NCBI GenBank assembly: GCA_016933055.1
Contig: JAFGBS010000002.1
Location: forward strand, 30,001-62,000
Reading direction: 5' to 3'
DNA: 32,000 bases
Source of the DNA: Promethearchaeota archaeon
GTDB lineage: Archaea > Asgardarchaeota > Lokiarchaeia > Sigyniarchaeales > Promethearchaeaceae
The notes under the pieces: model-generated
The model's database searches: none
Told to the model about the DNA's origin: nothing
Seen by the model: the letters and a program-made list of their open reading frames with translations, nothing else
Program-made: the position numbers and the translations under genes
In this document: positions 9,533 through 18,318 of the stretch, piece after piece
Layout: every line of letters begins with the position of its first letter
How positions within the stretch are numbered: position 1 is the first letter of the stretch

Positions 9533-11044
9533 ATGGCAATGGCTTCCATATTGTCTTGGGGCATTATGTTACATTGGAAAAATAAAACCCAAAAATCACC
9601 TCAGCAAACAACATTCCATTGTTCTCAAGTATATAACCCCGTGTTTGAAGAACACAAAGACTCTCTGGAAGAAGGAGGAGTAATTCTAAAATCAATTATC
9701 CGGGAGACACCAAAAAGCAATACTCCCACAAGTCTCAAGACCAGTTTTACTAATAATAATATTTTCTTATTGGGAGATAATCTTAATGCCCTCCAATTCC
9801 TAAATTCGAATTTGAAACATGCTATCGATTTAGTGTACATAGATCCTCCTTTTATGAAAAATGTGTCATTTTTTCGACATGTCTACTTCAGAGGTACTCA
9901 AAAAGATGTACCTTTCAAACAAAAGCAATATTCCGACACATGGGATTTAGAATCGTATTTACAGTTCTTATATGAACGACTCGTAGTTATTAAAGACCTA
10001 ATGAAGGATACAGGCTCCATATATGTGCATCTTGATGAGGATGCAGCCCACTATGTAAAAGTAATATTAGATGAAATTTTTGGTAGAGAAAATTTTCGAA
10101 GGCAAATTATCTGGAATACAGCATCACTAAACGTTGCGGGTTTTAAAGGACAAATACGCGATAATTACATCTATGCCACGGGAATTTTGTTATTTTATTC
10201 GAAATCAGACGTGTATGCATTTAATCCACAATTTACTCCTCATGCTCAAGAATTTATAGAAAAGAAATACAAATATAGCGATGAAAAAGGCAGATTCCGA
10301 GTTACAAGAAGAAATAATACTATATATCTCCAAGAAGATCCCGGAGAACCTATAACGAACATTTGGAATGATATTTTATCATTTAATTATGCCAAAATAG
10401 CTAGCAGGGAGTCAGTGTTTTATCCTACACAAAAACCCGAGGCATTATTGGAAAGGATAATTTTAAGCTCTTCTAATCCCGGAGATACGATTCTAGATTG
10501 TTTTGGGGGATCGGGAACGACAGCTGCAGTTGCTCAAAGACTAGAAAGAAAATGGATCTTATGTGATGCTAATCCTCATGCAATCCATACGAGCTCCAAA
10601 CGCCTTCAAAGAATAATTACTAAGGAAGAAACTGGCACTTCCTCGCGATTATTTCAAATTTGGAGAAGCCAAGAAACGAAAAATGAAATTCAAAAAAATG
10701 GTGCGAAATTCCATTATGTGAAAAACGAGAACAAAATTACTGTTAGTTTTGAAGATCTTAATTTATCTCATCCGGACGAATTTCCAAAACTTATAGAGTT
10801 GATAAAAGATCATCCGAAAATCTCATTGGTAGATTCTATCTATTTTTCATTTAGCTCAGAGGAGTTAAACGAGTCTTCATTCAATATCCATTATTCAGAT
10901 ATTCCCCGCAAGAAGAAAGGACTTATTCATAAGAGCTATCAATTTCTTCTACCCAAGGGATGGAGAAATATCAAATACCTCACTGTACTACTGTATGATA
11001 TATTTGGAAATGCCTATACTCAATTCTATAATACAGAAACTTAA
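9533..11044 (+). CDS. Site-specific DNA amino-methyltransferase (beta class, Mod-like), orphan
   Basis: Motif IV YIDPPF precedes YPTQKPEALLERII and motif I DCFGGSGTT. The start may be ATG 9566 (MLHWKNK). Confidence 0.92.
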   Translation: MAMASILSWGIMLHWKNKTQKSPQQTTFHCSQVYNPVFEEHKDSLEEGGVILKSIIRETPKSNTPTSLKTSFTNNNIFLLGDNLNALQFLNSNLKHAIDLVYIDPPFMKNVSFFRHVYFRGTQKDVPFKQKQYSDTWDLESYLQFLYERLVVIKDLMKDTGSIYVHLDEDAAHYVKVILDEIFGRENFRRQIIWNTASLNVAGFKGQIRDNYIYATGILLFYSKSDVYAFNPQFTPHAQEFIEKKYKYSDEKGRFRVTRRNNTIYLQEDPGEPITNIWNDILSFNYAKIASRESVFYPTQKPEALLERIILSSSNPGDTILDCFGGSGTTAAVAQRLERKWILCDANPHAIHTSSKRLQRIITKEETGTSSRLFQIWRSQETKNEIQKNGAKFHYVKNENKITVSFEDLNLSHPDEFPKLIELIKDHPKISLVDSIYFSFSSEELNESSFNIHYSDIPRKKKGLIHKSYQFLLPKGWRNIKYLTVLLYDIFGNAYTQFYNTET

Positions 11045-11724
11045 TGATAATGGTTCGGATTAAAAATGCGGATAATATCTTCTTCTGCAAATGTTCCTTC
11101 ATAAGATTCTTCAATGATCACCCACTTGTCAGTAGGATTGAACACACTATGCATTTTTCCCCTGTCTGTATGAAAAATGTCTCCCGGTTTGACTGAATAA
11201 TATACTTGAGAATTCGCGATGATGATTGGATAGCCCTCTAGAATTCGCCATTCTTCCGTTCTCTTTGTATGTTTTTGGATACTTATGCCCAGATTAGGTC
11301 GAATATAGATAATATTTCTCGTGGGATAGGTGAATTTAATCGAATACCATTTTGGAAGTATATCGATGTACCCTTTAGGTACATTGTGGACCATTTCGAA
11401 TTCTTTAGGATTTATTACATCAGGAGGGTGTTTTTCATACCGATACGGATCAAATAGAATGAAATGCTTGCTATAATCATGGGAGAAGGTAAGGAGAAAT
11501 GGATGATCAGATAGATTGACGACCATATAAGCTTGGTTAAACGGAATAATAAGGGGATTAACATCCGTTGTTAGCTTGTGTAGCGAAATTGAATTTCCCT
11601 GGATGATCAAAAATTCTGAGTTAGAGAGATACCCTTTCGAATCTAGGTTTATTCGCATTTTTGTATCAGTATTTTGGTATAATTTAGTTCCTCGACTCGA
11701 TTTTAAGATCAATTCGTACCCCAT
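11041..11724 (-). CDS. Cupin protein resembling the type II phosphomannose isomerase C-terminal domain, with an N-terminal extension
   Basis: SIQKHTKRTEEW, HSVFNP and EEDIIRI match the PMI cupin pattern SLQxHxxRxEHW...HRLxNP...EDDIVR. Confidence 0.7.
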   Translation of the reverse strand: MGYELILKSSRGTKLYQNTDTKMRINLDSKGYLSNSEFLIIQGNSISLHKLTTDVNPLIIPFNQAYMVVNLSDHPFLLTFSHDYSKHFILFDPYRYEKHPPDVINPKEFEMVHNVPKGYIDILPKWYSIKFTYPTRNIIYIRPNLGISIQKHTKRTEEWRILEGYPIIIANSQVYYSVKPGDIFHTDRGKMHSVFNPTDKWVIIEESYEGTFAEEDIIRIFNPNHYH

Positions 11725-11841
11725 GAGGTGTCATAAGATGCAGAATGTTAAAATGTTCCTAAGCAAGATCTTTATCCAACGGAAAACGATTAATTTTTAT
11801 TACAACAGTTCCAACATAATACCAATGTTTAGGTGAATAAA

Positions 11842-12147
11842 ATGGCTAAGGATAAGATTCTTGGAGTAATTCTACTCGCCCTTGGAGTGTTAATTTTTGT
11901 GTTTTATACATTAATTGGTCCCGTTGACTTGATACTTGAGAGTCTCGGATCTGATGCAATGGCTTGGCTGAGAAATGTTCCCGGATTTAACTGGAAATAT
12001 TCAGTAATGGTCCCGATGTTTATCGTCGTATTATTGGTTTGTGTGGTAATGGTTTGGATTGGTTATTCGATGATCACAACCCCACCTCCCGTTCCATTAG
12101 AGGAATTAGAAGAAGAACTTGAGCGAGAAGAAGAAGCTTCAAAATAA
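11842..12147 (+). CDS. Small two-TM membrane protein, DPM2-like, with acidic C-terminal tail
   Basis: AGGTGA SD-like site 11831-11836 supports ATG 11842; two hydrophobic helices followed by WIGYSMITTPPP and an E-rich tail. Confidence 0.7.
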   Translation: MAKDKILGVILLALGVLIFVFYTLIGPVDLILESLGSDAMAWLRNVPGFNWKYSVMVPMFIVVLLVCVVMVWIGYSMITTPPPVPLEELEEELEREEEASK

Positions 12148-12399
12148 GAACACAATTTTTTTTCTATCATTTTTAAATCAAGTACGATCTTTTGCACAAT
12201 GTCTGGAATTTATGCTACGACAAGACCAACCCAAAAGTACCGCATCATAACAAAATATTATCTATTTTCCCCTTTCTTTCCTACTTTATCTATTCGTGCG
12301 GGATCGCTATGCGCAAAATTTAAATCGAATGTACAATAAATGCTTTTCAATTTCATCTTTATAGGTTAGTATTTAGAAACCTAGGAATACTGAGACATC

Positions 12400-12407
12400 T
12401 TTATAAA
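12400..12407 (+). promoter_or_regulatory. Candidate TATA box of the ribosomal protein operon
   Basis: TTTATAAA about 225 nt upstream of the uL22 start, immediately before a GC-richer structured stretch. Confidence 0.45.
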
Positions 12408-12420
12408 GAGATTGATTCCC

Positions 12421-12605
12421 AGCTATTCAGGATGGATACGATCACTCAGGGAAAAAGTGTTACTGTGTGACACCGTTTCCACGCATATCCGTTATCAACG
12501 CAGGTGCTGGATATACATATATATCACAAATCTGCGCCACGACTGTGGAATACTGATTCGGACCCTCAATCTACAGATTGAATAGATGACCTCATGAATC
12601 TAGCT
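12421..12605 (+). ncRNA. Candidate structured 5' leader RNA of the r-protein operon
   Basis: About 43% GC by hand count over 12421-12600, several complementary segments, no substantial ORF. Confidence 0.4.
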
Positions 12606-12631
12606 AAGAAACTAAAACAGAGCCAAATATC

Positions 12632-13099
12632 ATGCCAAATTTCGGATACTCTATCACTGGACTCGATAAGGATAAAACAGCCATAGCCAGCGGTAGGGAT
12701 ATTAAAGTTAGCCCAAAAAATACAAGAGAAGTTACTAATACTATCAAGGGTATGTATTTAGAACAAGCAAAACGTTTCCTTGAAGAAGTAATCTTCATGA
12801 GACAACCAGTTCCTTTCAAACGTCACAATAAAAAAGTTGGACATCGAAAAGGCTTAAAGCAATACAAATGGGCTTCCGGGCGATATCCTGAGAAATCTGC
12901 ACGAATTGTATATGAAGTATTATCGAACGCAGAAGCAAATGCTGAATATAAAGGATTGGATACCGAGAGATGTCGTATCATTCACGCTGCAGTGATGAAG
13001 GGGCGATCCATTAAGAGATATATCGAACGCGCACATGGAAGAAGTACACCTTACTTTGATACCCTTGTACATATTGAAATTGTACTATTGGAGGAATAA
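12632..13099 (+). CDS. rpl22: 50S ribosomal protein uL22 (archaeal L22p)
   Basis: VPFKRHNKKVGHRKG, GRYPEK and RAHGRSTP motifs. Confidence 0.98.
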   Translation: MPNFGYSITGLDKDKTAIASGRDIKVSPKNTREVTNTIKGMYLEQAKRFLEEVIFMRQPVPFKRHNKKVGHRKGLKQYKWASGRYPEKSARIVYEVLSNAEANAEYKGLDTERCRIIHAAVMKGRSIKRYIERAHGRSTPYFDTLVHIEIVLLEE

Positions 13100-13105
13100 A
13101 GAATT

Positions 13106-14014
13106 ATGCCATTAAAACGAGCATTCGTGCAACGCGGAATTCAATTAATGCAAATCGATGAATATCTAGCTGAATTATTGGATAACTCAGGTTATGCGGG
13201 AGTTGAATTACAAAAGCGCTATCCATTAGGTTACCAAATCACTATAAAGACCGCACGACCAGGTCTTGTAATAGGTCGAAAAGGAGTACGTATTCGAGAG
13301 ATCGGAGAAAAATTAACAGAATTATTCGGTCTTGAAAATCCTCAAATAGATGTAGAAGCAGTTGAAAATCCAGAATTAAATTCACAAATCATGGCGGAAG
13401 CAATTGCTTTCGGTATCCGAAAAGGACAGAACTACCGAAGAACCGCTTATAACATCATGCGTCGAATTATACGAGCCGGAGCTCGAGGAGTGGAAGTGAA
13501 AATTTCCGGTAAATCCACATCTCAGCGCGCTAGAACGCAAATATTTCGGGCGGGTATCATTTCGAAATGCGGAGCTCCTGCAATTGAAGGTGTAGACAAA
13601 GGAGTAGCTCAAGTTGTATTGAAATCGGGTACAATCGGAATTGTTGTAAAAATTATGCCGTTAGACTATCAGCTTCCCGATGAGATCATTCTAAAAGATC
13701 CTGAACTAAAAGCTCGTCTAGAAAAATACCGAAAGAAACAAGCATTAGAGGAAGAAGTGGAAGGAGGAGATCCGTTGATAGACAAGGATTCCAAGAAAGT
13801 TGTACTAGATGCAGGAGATGAGGAAGATGAAGAAGATTTCTTTGATGATGTTGAAGAAGATATTGAAGATATCGAAGTTGAAGAAGCGATAGAAGAGGAA
13901 GAAGAAACAATCGAAGAGATACAACCGAAAGAAGAACCACCACAAAAAGATAAGAAAAAGCGAACTCGAAGAAATCGTACAACAAAGAAAAAAAATGAGG
14001 ACAAGGAGGAGTAA
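13106..14014 (+). CDS. rps3: 30S ribosomal protein uS3 with long charged C-terminal tail
   Basis: KH domain RPGLVIGRKG, GARGVEVKISGK, GTIGIVVKIM. Confidence 0.98.
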   Translation: MPLKRAFVQRGIQLMQIDEYLAELLDNSGYAGVELQKRYPLGYQITIKTARPGLVIGRKGVRIREIGEKLTELFGLENPQIDVEAVENPELNSQIMAEAIAFGIRKGQNYRRTAYNIMRRIIRAGARGVEVKISGKSTSQRARTQIFRAGIISKCGAPAIEGVDKGVAQVVLKSGTIGIVVKIMPLDYQLPDEIILKDPELKARLEKYRKKQALEEEVEGGDPLIDKDSKKVVLDAGDEEDEEDFFDDVEEDIEDIEVEEAIEEEEETIEEIQPKEEPPQKDKKKRTRRNRTTKKKNEDKEE

Positions 14015-14016
14015 TC

Positions 14017-14232
14017 ATGCCTAAATCCGATTCTATTAAAGATTTACGGAAATTAAGTAAAATTGAGCGACAAAAACGCTTGGAAGATTTACGTGATGAA
14101 TTATTATTACTGAAATCAAAAAATTCCATGGGTGGAGCGTTAGATAACCCCTCCCGTATTAGATTGGTAAAAAAGGAAATTGCACGACTCAAAACCATTG
14201 AGAATGAAGAAATTTTAGGAATAAATCAATAA
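14017..14232 (+). CDS. rpl29: 50S ribosomal protein uL29
   Basis: NPSRIRLVKKEIARLKTI motif; operon position. Confidence 0.97.
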   Translation: MPKSDSIKDLRKLSKIERQKRLEDLRDELLLLKSKNSMGGALDNPSRIRLVKKEIARLKTIENEEILGINQ

Positions 14233-14235
14233 TAG

Positions 14236-14592
14236 ATGAAATTAATGCACAACATCAGTCAAGATCCTATGTATTTCATCTATCGGGATATGATAGGCTT
14301 GGAAGCATGGATCAAACATAAATTCAACACAAAACCGCAGGAATTCATCCCGATCGGGAAAGTAATTGATGAGACCTATAACCTTATCATTACCAGTAAA
14401 ATGGAGAATCCTGCACACTATCATCAAGATGAAAAGAAATATGTTAAAAAAAATTACATATTTCGGTTTAAAGTACCAAAATACGCCAACGGGCACATTA
14501 TTATGGAAGTAGATGGAGAAAAACTCCTAAAACGACCAGAAAATCGAATAAAACAAATCAGAAAAATACGATATGTGAAAACCAATGAGTAA
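14236..14592 (+). CDS. rnp1: Ribonuclease P protein component 1 (Rpp29/POP4), divergent
   Basis: MIGLE...GKVIDETYN...IFRF...VDGEKLLKRPENRIK; canonical position between uL29 and uS17. Confidence 0.88.
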   Translation: MKLMHNISQDPMYFIYRDMIGLEAWIKHKFNTKPQEFIPIGKVIDETYNLIITSKMENPAHYHQDEKKYVKKNYIFRFKVPKYANGHIIMEVDGEKLLKRPENRIKQIRKIRYVKTNE

Positions 14593-14917
14593 CACATCAA
14601 AAATTGGGATTCCTGGTGTAACCGAACCCAGCAAGAAATGTGATGATCCCCACTGTCCATTCCATGGAAATCTTAAAACACATGGGCGAATCTTTACTGG
14701 AACAGTGATAAAAAATCGAATGACAAAAGCAATCACCGTACAGATCGATTACAACAAATTCAATGACAAATATCAACGATATGAACGGAGAAATACCAAA
14801 ACCAGTGTACATCTCCCACCGTGTATTGACGTTGTTCCCGGAGATGTCGTTCGGTTCATGCAATGTCGAAAAATAAGTAAAACCATTTCATCTGTGGTTA
14901 TCCAAAAATTACAATAG
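14585..14917 (+). CDS. rps17: 30S ribosomal protein uS17
   Basis: CDDPHCPFHG, KYQRYERR and CRKISKT motifs. Confidence 0.98.
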   Translation: MSNTSKIGIPGVTEPSKKCDDPHCPFHGNLKTHGRIFTGTVIKNRMTKAITVQIDYNKFNDKYQRYERRNTKTSVHLPPCIDVVPGDVVRFMQCRKISKTISSVVIQKLQ

Positions 14918-14928
14918 GGGTATGAAGG

Positions 14929-15357
14929 ATGGGAAAGAAGAGGAAAATTGGAAAGAAAGGAAGTATTTTCCGAAAGAAGATTACACGAGGATTACCTGTT
15001 GGGGCTCAAGTAAGAATTGCGGATAATAGTGGAGCAAAAATCGTAGAGATCATTAGTGTGCTTCACTTAAAAACACGATTGAATCGACTTCCATCTGCAG
15101 CTGTCGGGGATGCGGTGGTAGTTAGTGTAAAGAAAGGGACTCCCGAAATGCGTAAAAAGATAATGCGTGCAGTAATTGTACGTCAAAAACAATTAATCCA
15201 TCGGGTAGATGGAACGAGAATAATGTTCGAAGACAATGCCGCGGTGATAATTTCTCCAGATGGAGAACCCAAGGGATCGGATATTCGCGGACCCATCGCA
15301 CGGGAAGCTGCTGAATTGTACCCCCGAGTGGCTAGTGTAGCAAGTCAGATAATCTAA
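14929..15357 (+). CDS. rpl14: 50S ribosomal protein uL14
   Basis: ADNSGAK, RLNRLPSA and FEDNAAV motifs. Confidence 0.98.
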   Translation: MGKKRKIGKKGSIFRKKITRGLPVGAQVRIADNSGAKIVEIISVLHLKTRLNRLPSAAVGDAVVVSVKKGTPEMRKKIMRAVIVRQKQLIHRVDGTRIMFEDNAAVIISPDGEPKGSDIRGPIAREAAELYPRVASVASQII

Positions 15358-15371
15358 AGAGGAAAACAGAA

Positions 15372-15797
15372 ATGAAAGTAAAGTCAAAAAAACCAAAAAA
15401 ACAACGTTTAGCTCTTCACACAATCAAACAACACCAAACATCTAAACTGTTCATGGTTCGATTAGATGAACCCCTACAGGAAGAATGGGGTATCAAACGA
15501 ATGCCGTTACGTAAGGATGACGAAGTACGTGTCATTAAAAACGAAATGGTTGATGTTGAGGGGAAAGTCTTAAGTTTGAATAGACGGACCCGTACCATCC
15601 AAATTGAAGAGTGTACTCTTGAGAAAAAAAGCGGTGCTACCTATTACATTCCAATCTCCCCTTCAAATGTTATATTAACAAAATTTGGTGGAAAAAAAAT
15701 GGACTCATGGCGTCAGAAAATTATCGATCGGAAACAAAAATTGGAAATCGAAGTCGATGCAAAGAAAAAGATTTCGGAAAAAAAGGGGGGTAAATAG
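15372..15797 (+). CDS. rpl24: 50S ribosomal protein uL24 (archaeal L24p)
   Basis: SKKPKKQR, MPLRKDDEVRV and ISPSNVILTK motifs. Confidence 0.96.
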   Translation: MKVKSKKPKKQRLALHTIKQHQTSKLFMVRLDEPLQEEWGIKRMPLRKDDEVRVIKNEMVDVEGKVLSLNRRTRTIQIEECTLEKKSGATYYIPISPSNVILTKFGGKKMDSWRQKIIDRKQKLEIEVDAKKKISEKKGGK

Positions 15798-15799
15798 AA

Positions 15800-16546
15800 A
15801 TGGGATCGAAAGGCAATAAACGACATGTTAAACGGCTTAATACTCCGAAAAATATGCCGATCGAAAAAAAAGCAGCAAAATATTTCTATAATACCCGAGC
15901 AGGACCTCATCCGAAACGGAATTCTATTCCTTTGGGGTCGCTATTAAGAGATGTACTCAAAGTTGTGGATACCCATAATGAAGCACGAAAAATACTCAAC
16001 ATGCGAAAAATCTTAGTGGATGGAATAATTCGTACCGATTCGCGGTTTCCAGTGGGATTAATGGATGTGGTAGAAATCCCAGATTTAGAAAAAACCTATA
16101 GGATTTTACCTAAATGGAAAAAGGGATTGGTCCCCTATGAATTAGAGAAGAACGAAAGTTCCTTCAAATTGTGTCGGATTGAAAATAAGAGTATCGTGAA
16201 AAATGGAAATATACAATTGAATTTACATGATGGAAGAAATATTCACATTCCCGTAAAAGACCCCAAAAAACCGAAGGAAGACATATATAAAACGATGGGA
16301 GTTTTAAAAATAAAAATACCCAGTCAAGAGATAGTCGATTATTATCCCCTGAAAGAAAATTCCCCAATTCTGGTAATGAGAGGAAAGAACCTCGGAATGA
16401 ATGGGATTGTGACAAAAATCGAAAAACGATATGGTCCTAATGCAAGCATAGTTACCATTAAAACACCCCAAGAGGAAACCCACGAAACGGCATATGCATA
16501 TTCATTCGTGGTAGGAAAAATAAAACCCGCAATCAAATTGGAATAG
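15800..16546 (+). CDS. rps4e: 30S ribosomal protein eS4
   Basis: HVKRLNTP, AGPHPK, FPVGLMDV and QLNLHDGRNI motifs. Confidence 0.98.
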   Translation: MGSKGNKRHVKRLNTPKNMPIEKKAAKYFYNTRAGPHPKRNSIPLGSLLRDVLKVVDTHNEARKILNMRKILVDGIIRTDSRFPVGLMDVVEIPDLEKTYRILPKWKKGLVPYELEKNESSFKLCRIENKSIVKNGNIQLNLHDGRNIHIPVKDPKKPKEDIYKTMGVLKIKIPSQEIVDYYPLKENSPILVMRGKNLGMNGIVTKIEKRYGPNASIVTIKTPQEETHETAYAYSFVVGKIKPAIKLE

Positions 16547-16555
16547 TGATCATTC

Positions 16556-17131
16556 ATGGCAAAGAAAAAGCAAGTAGCGGAATATGAACAAGATTGGAAA
16601 TCAAACCCTTTTCGTCAACCGAAAATCGAAAAAATAGTGGTTAATATCTGTGTAGGCCAAGGTGGAGAGGAATTGAATAAAGCAAAACGCATCTTGGAAT
16701 TACTCACTAAAAGTAAATCAGTTACAGTGCAAGCGAAAAAAAATGTCAAAGAGTGGGGGATTCGTAAAGGGCAATCTATCGCAGTGAAATCCACTTTACG
16801 AGGAGACAAGGCCCATCAATTCCTAAAACGGGTTTTATTTATCTATGATAATCGTATACTACGGACAGCATTTGATAATTTTGGGAATTTTTCTATCGGT
16901 GTGGATGAACATATCAAACTTCCAGACACTAAATATATTCCCGAGTTAGGAATCACTGGATTTGATGTCTCTGTACGTCTGACCCGTCCAGGATATCGTG
17001 TAAAAATCCGAAGGAAACAACGTTCAAAAATTCCCCGACATCACTATGTAAATCGCTATGAAGCCATGGAATTTATGAAGCAATTATTTAAAGTGGAAGT
17101 TGTGGATGTAATGGAGGAAAGATTCTATTAA
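16556..17131 (+). CDS. rpl5: 50S ribosomal protein uL5
   Basis: [17 protein letters not shown] and [10 protein letters not shown] motifs. Confidence 0.98.
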   Translation: MAKKKQVAEYEQDWKSNPFRQPKIEKIVVNICVGQGGEELNKAKRILELLTKSKSVTVQAKKNVKEWGIRKGQSIAVKSTLRGDKAHQFLKRVLFIYDNRILRTAFDNFGNFSIGVDEHIKLPDTKYIPELGITGFDVSVRLTRPGYRVKIRRKQRSKIPRHHYVNRYEAMEFMKQLFKVEVVDVMEERFY

Positions 17132-17141
17132 AGGTGTTATT

Positions 17142-17303
17142 ATGAGTTCACAGAAAAAATCAAAAAAACGATCATCAAAAGGAACCCGATTTTGCAGAAG
17201 ATGTGGTACCAATAAAGCGATTATTCGATCGTATGGTTTAATGATCTGCCGTCGCTGCTTTCGGGAAACGGCCAATAAAATTGGATTTAAAAAATATGAT
17301 TAG
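17142..17303 (+). CDS. rps14: 30S ribosomal protein uS14 (zinc-binding type); absent from the ORF track
   Basis: Hand translation [53 protein letters not shown] (53 aa) with two CxxC motifs; canonical position between uL5 and uS8. Confidence 0.97.
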   Translation: MSSQKKSKKRSSKGTRFCRRCGTNKAIIRSYGLMICRRCFRETANKIGFKKYD

Positions 17304-17315
17304 GAGAGAAAAAAA

Positions 17316-17705
17316 GTGTTACATGATCCATTAGCAGATTGTTTCTCAAACATAAAGAACGCAGAACATGCTGGTAAACGTTATGTAATTGTGAGACCTG
17401 CATCAAAAACTATAGGTATCTGTTTAAGGATACTCCAAGCAAATGGCTATATCGGGGAATTCGAATTCATCGATGATGGTCGAACCGGAAAATTTAGATT
17501 GGAACTACTTGGAAGAATCAATAAATGTGGAGTTATTAAACCACGACAACCCGTTAAGGTAACTCGATTCGAATTTATGGAGAAAAGATTCCTACCCTCT
17601 GTAAATTTTGGATTACTTATCATATCTACATCTAAGGGTGTAATGACTCATACGGAAGCGAAAAGGAGAAATTTAGGTGGACGCCTGTTGGCGTATGCCT
17701 ATTAA
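17316..17705 (+). CDS. rps8: 30S ribosomal protein uS8
   Basis: [17 protein letters not shown] and STSKGVMTH...GGRLLAY motifs; GTG start after AGGAGAG. Confidence 0.98.
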   Translation: MLHDPLADCFSNIKNAEHAGKRYVIVRPASKTIGICLRILQANGYIGEFEFIDDGRTGKFRLELLGRINKCGVIKPRQPVKVTRFEFMEKRFLPSVNFGLLIISTSKGVMTHTEAKRRNLGGRLLAYAY

Positions 17706-17726
17706 TCAAATGGAGTGGGATAATAA

Positions 17727-18305
17727 ATGGTAAAATCATTCAAATCAGAAATTGTTGTTGAAATCCCAGAAGATATTACCTTCTTAATTGAGGGAAAGAA
17801 AATAACAATTGAGGGAAAGAAGGGTAAAATTGTAAAAGATTTTTCCCATATGAAGAGAGTGGATATAAAATACACTGATAAAAAAGTAATCCTCTCAAGT
17901 TTTTTCCCAAGAAAATCGACCGAGGCTAAAATGGGAACTCTCCGAAGTGTTATTACAAATGCTATTGAGGGTGTTTCCAAAGGATATACCTACAAAATGA
18001 AAATTGCGTATTCCCACTTTCCAATTACTGTGGATACGGATGGAAAAAAAATCCTTGTTAAAAATTTTATTGGAGAACGTAGCCCACGTATTACTTACAA
18101 AGCAGGCTCCCATCCAATTGAAGTGAAATCCACAAAAGAAGATGTAGTAATAACCGGCATTGATAAAGAAGAAGTGGGACAAACTGCTGCTAATATTCAA
18201 AAAATATGTCGTATCCGTCAAAAAGACAAACGAATATTCCAAGATGGAATTTATTTATATGAAAAGCATCTTGGAGATGAAATCTTCTGGAAATTGAAAG
18301 TATAA
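17727..18305 (+). CDS. rpl6: 50S ribosomal protein uL6
   Basis: YSHFP, NFIGER and KDKRIFQDGIY motifs. Confidence 0.98.
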   Translation: MVKSFKSEIVVEIPEDITFLIEGKKITIEGKKGKIVKDFSHMKRVDIKYTDKKVILSSFFPRKSTEAKMGTLRSVITNAIEGVSKGYTYKMKIAYSHFPITVDTDGKKILVKNFIGERSPRITYKAGSHPIEVKSTKEDVVITGIDKEEVGQTAANIQKICRIRQKDKRIFQDGIYLYEKHLGDEIFWKLKV

Positions 18306-18318
18306 GGATGGTATAATT

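Noticed and set aside
12178-12263. Cys-containing minus-strand frame considered as a small zinc r-protein such as eL40
   Set aside because: Bounded by an upstream in-frame TAG with no credible start, and lacks the paired CxxC pattern.
12421-12605. SRP RNA, RNase P RNA, 5S rRNA or C/D box sRNA identity for the structured region
   Set aside because: No SRP helix-8, RNase P P4 or intact C/D box consensus could be matched; retained only as an unknown leader.
13669-14198. Ser/Leu-rich minus-strand ORFs over rps3/rpl29
   Set aside because: Antisense shadows of the GAA-rich acidic tail; no family motifs.
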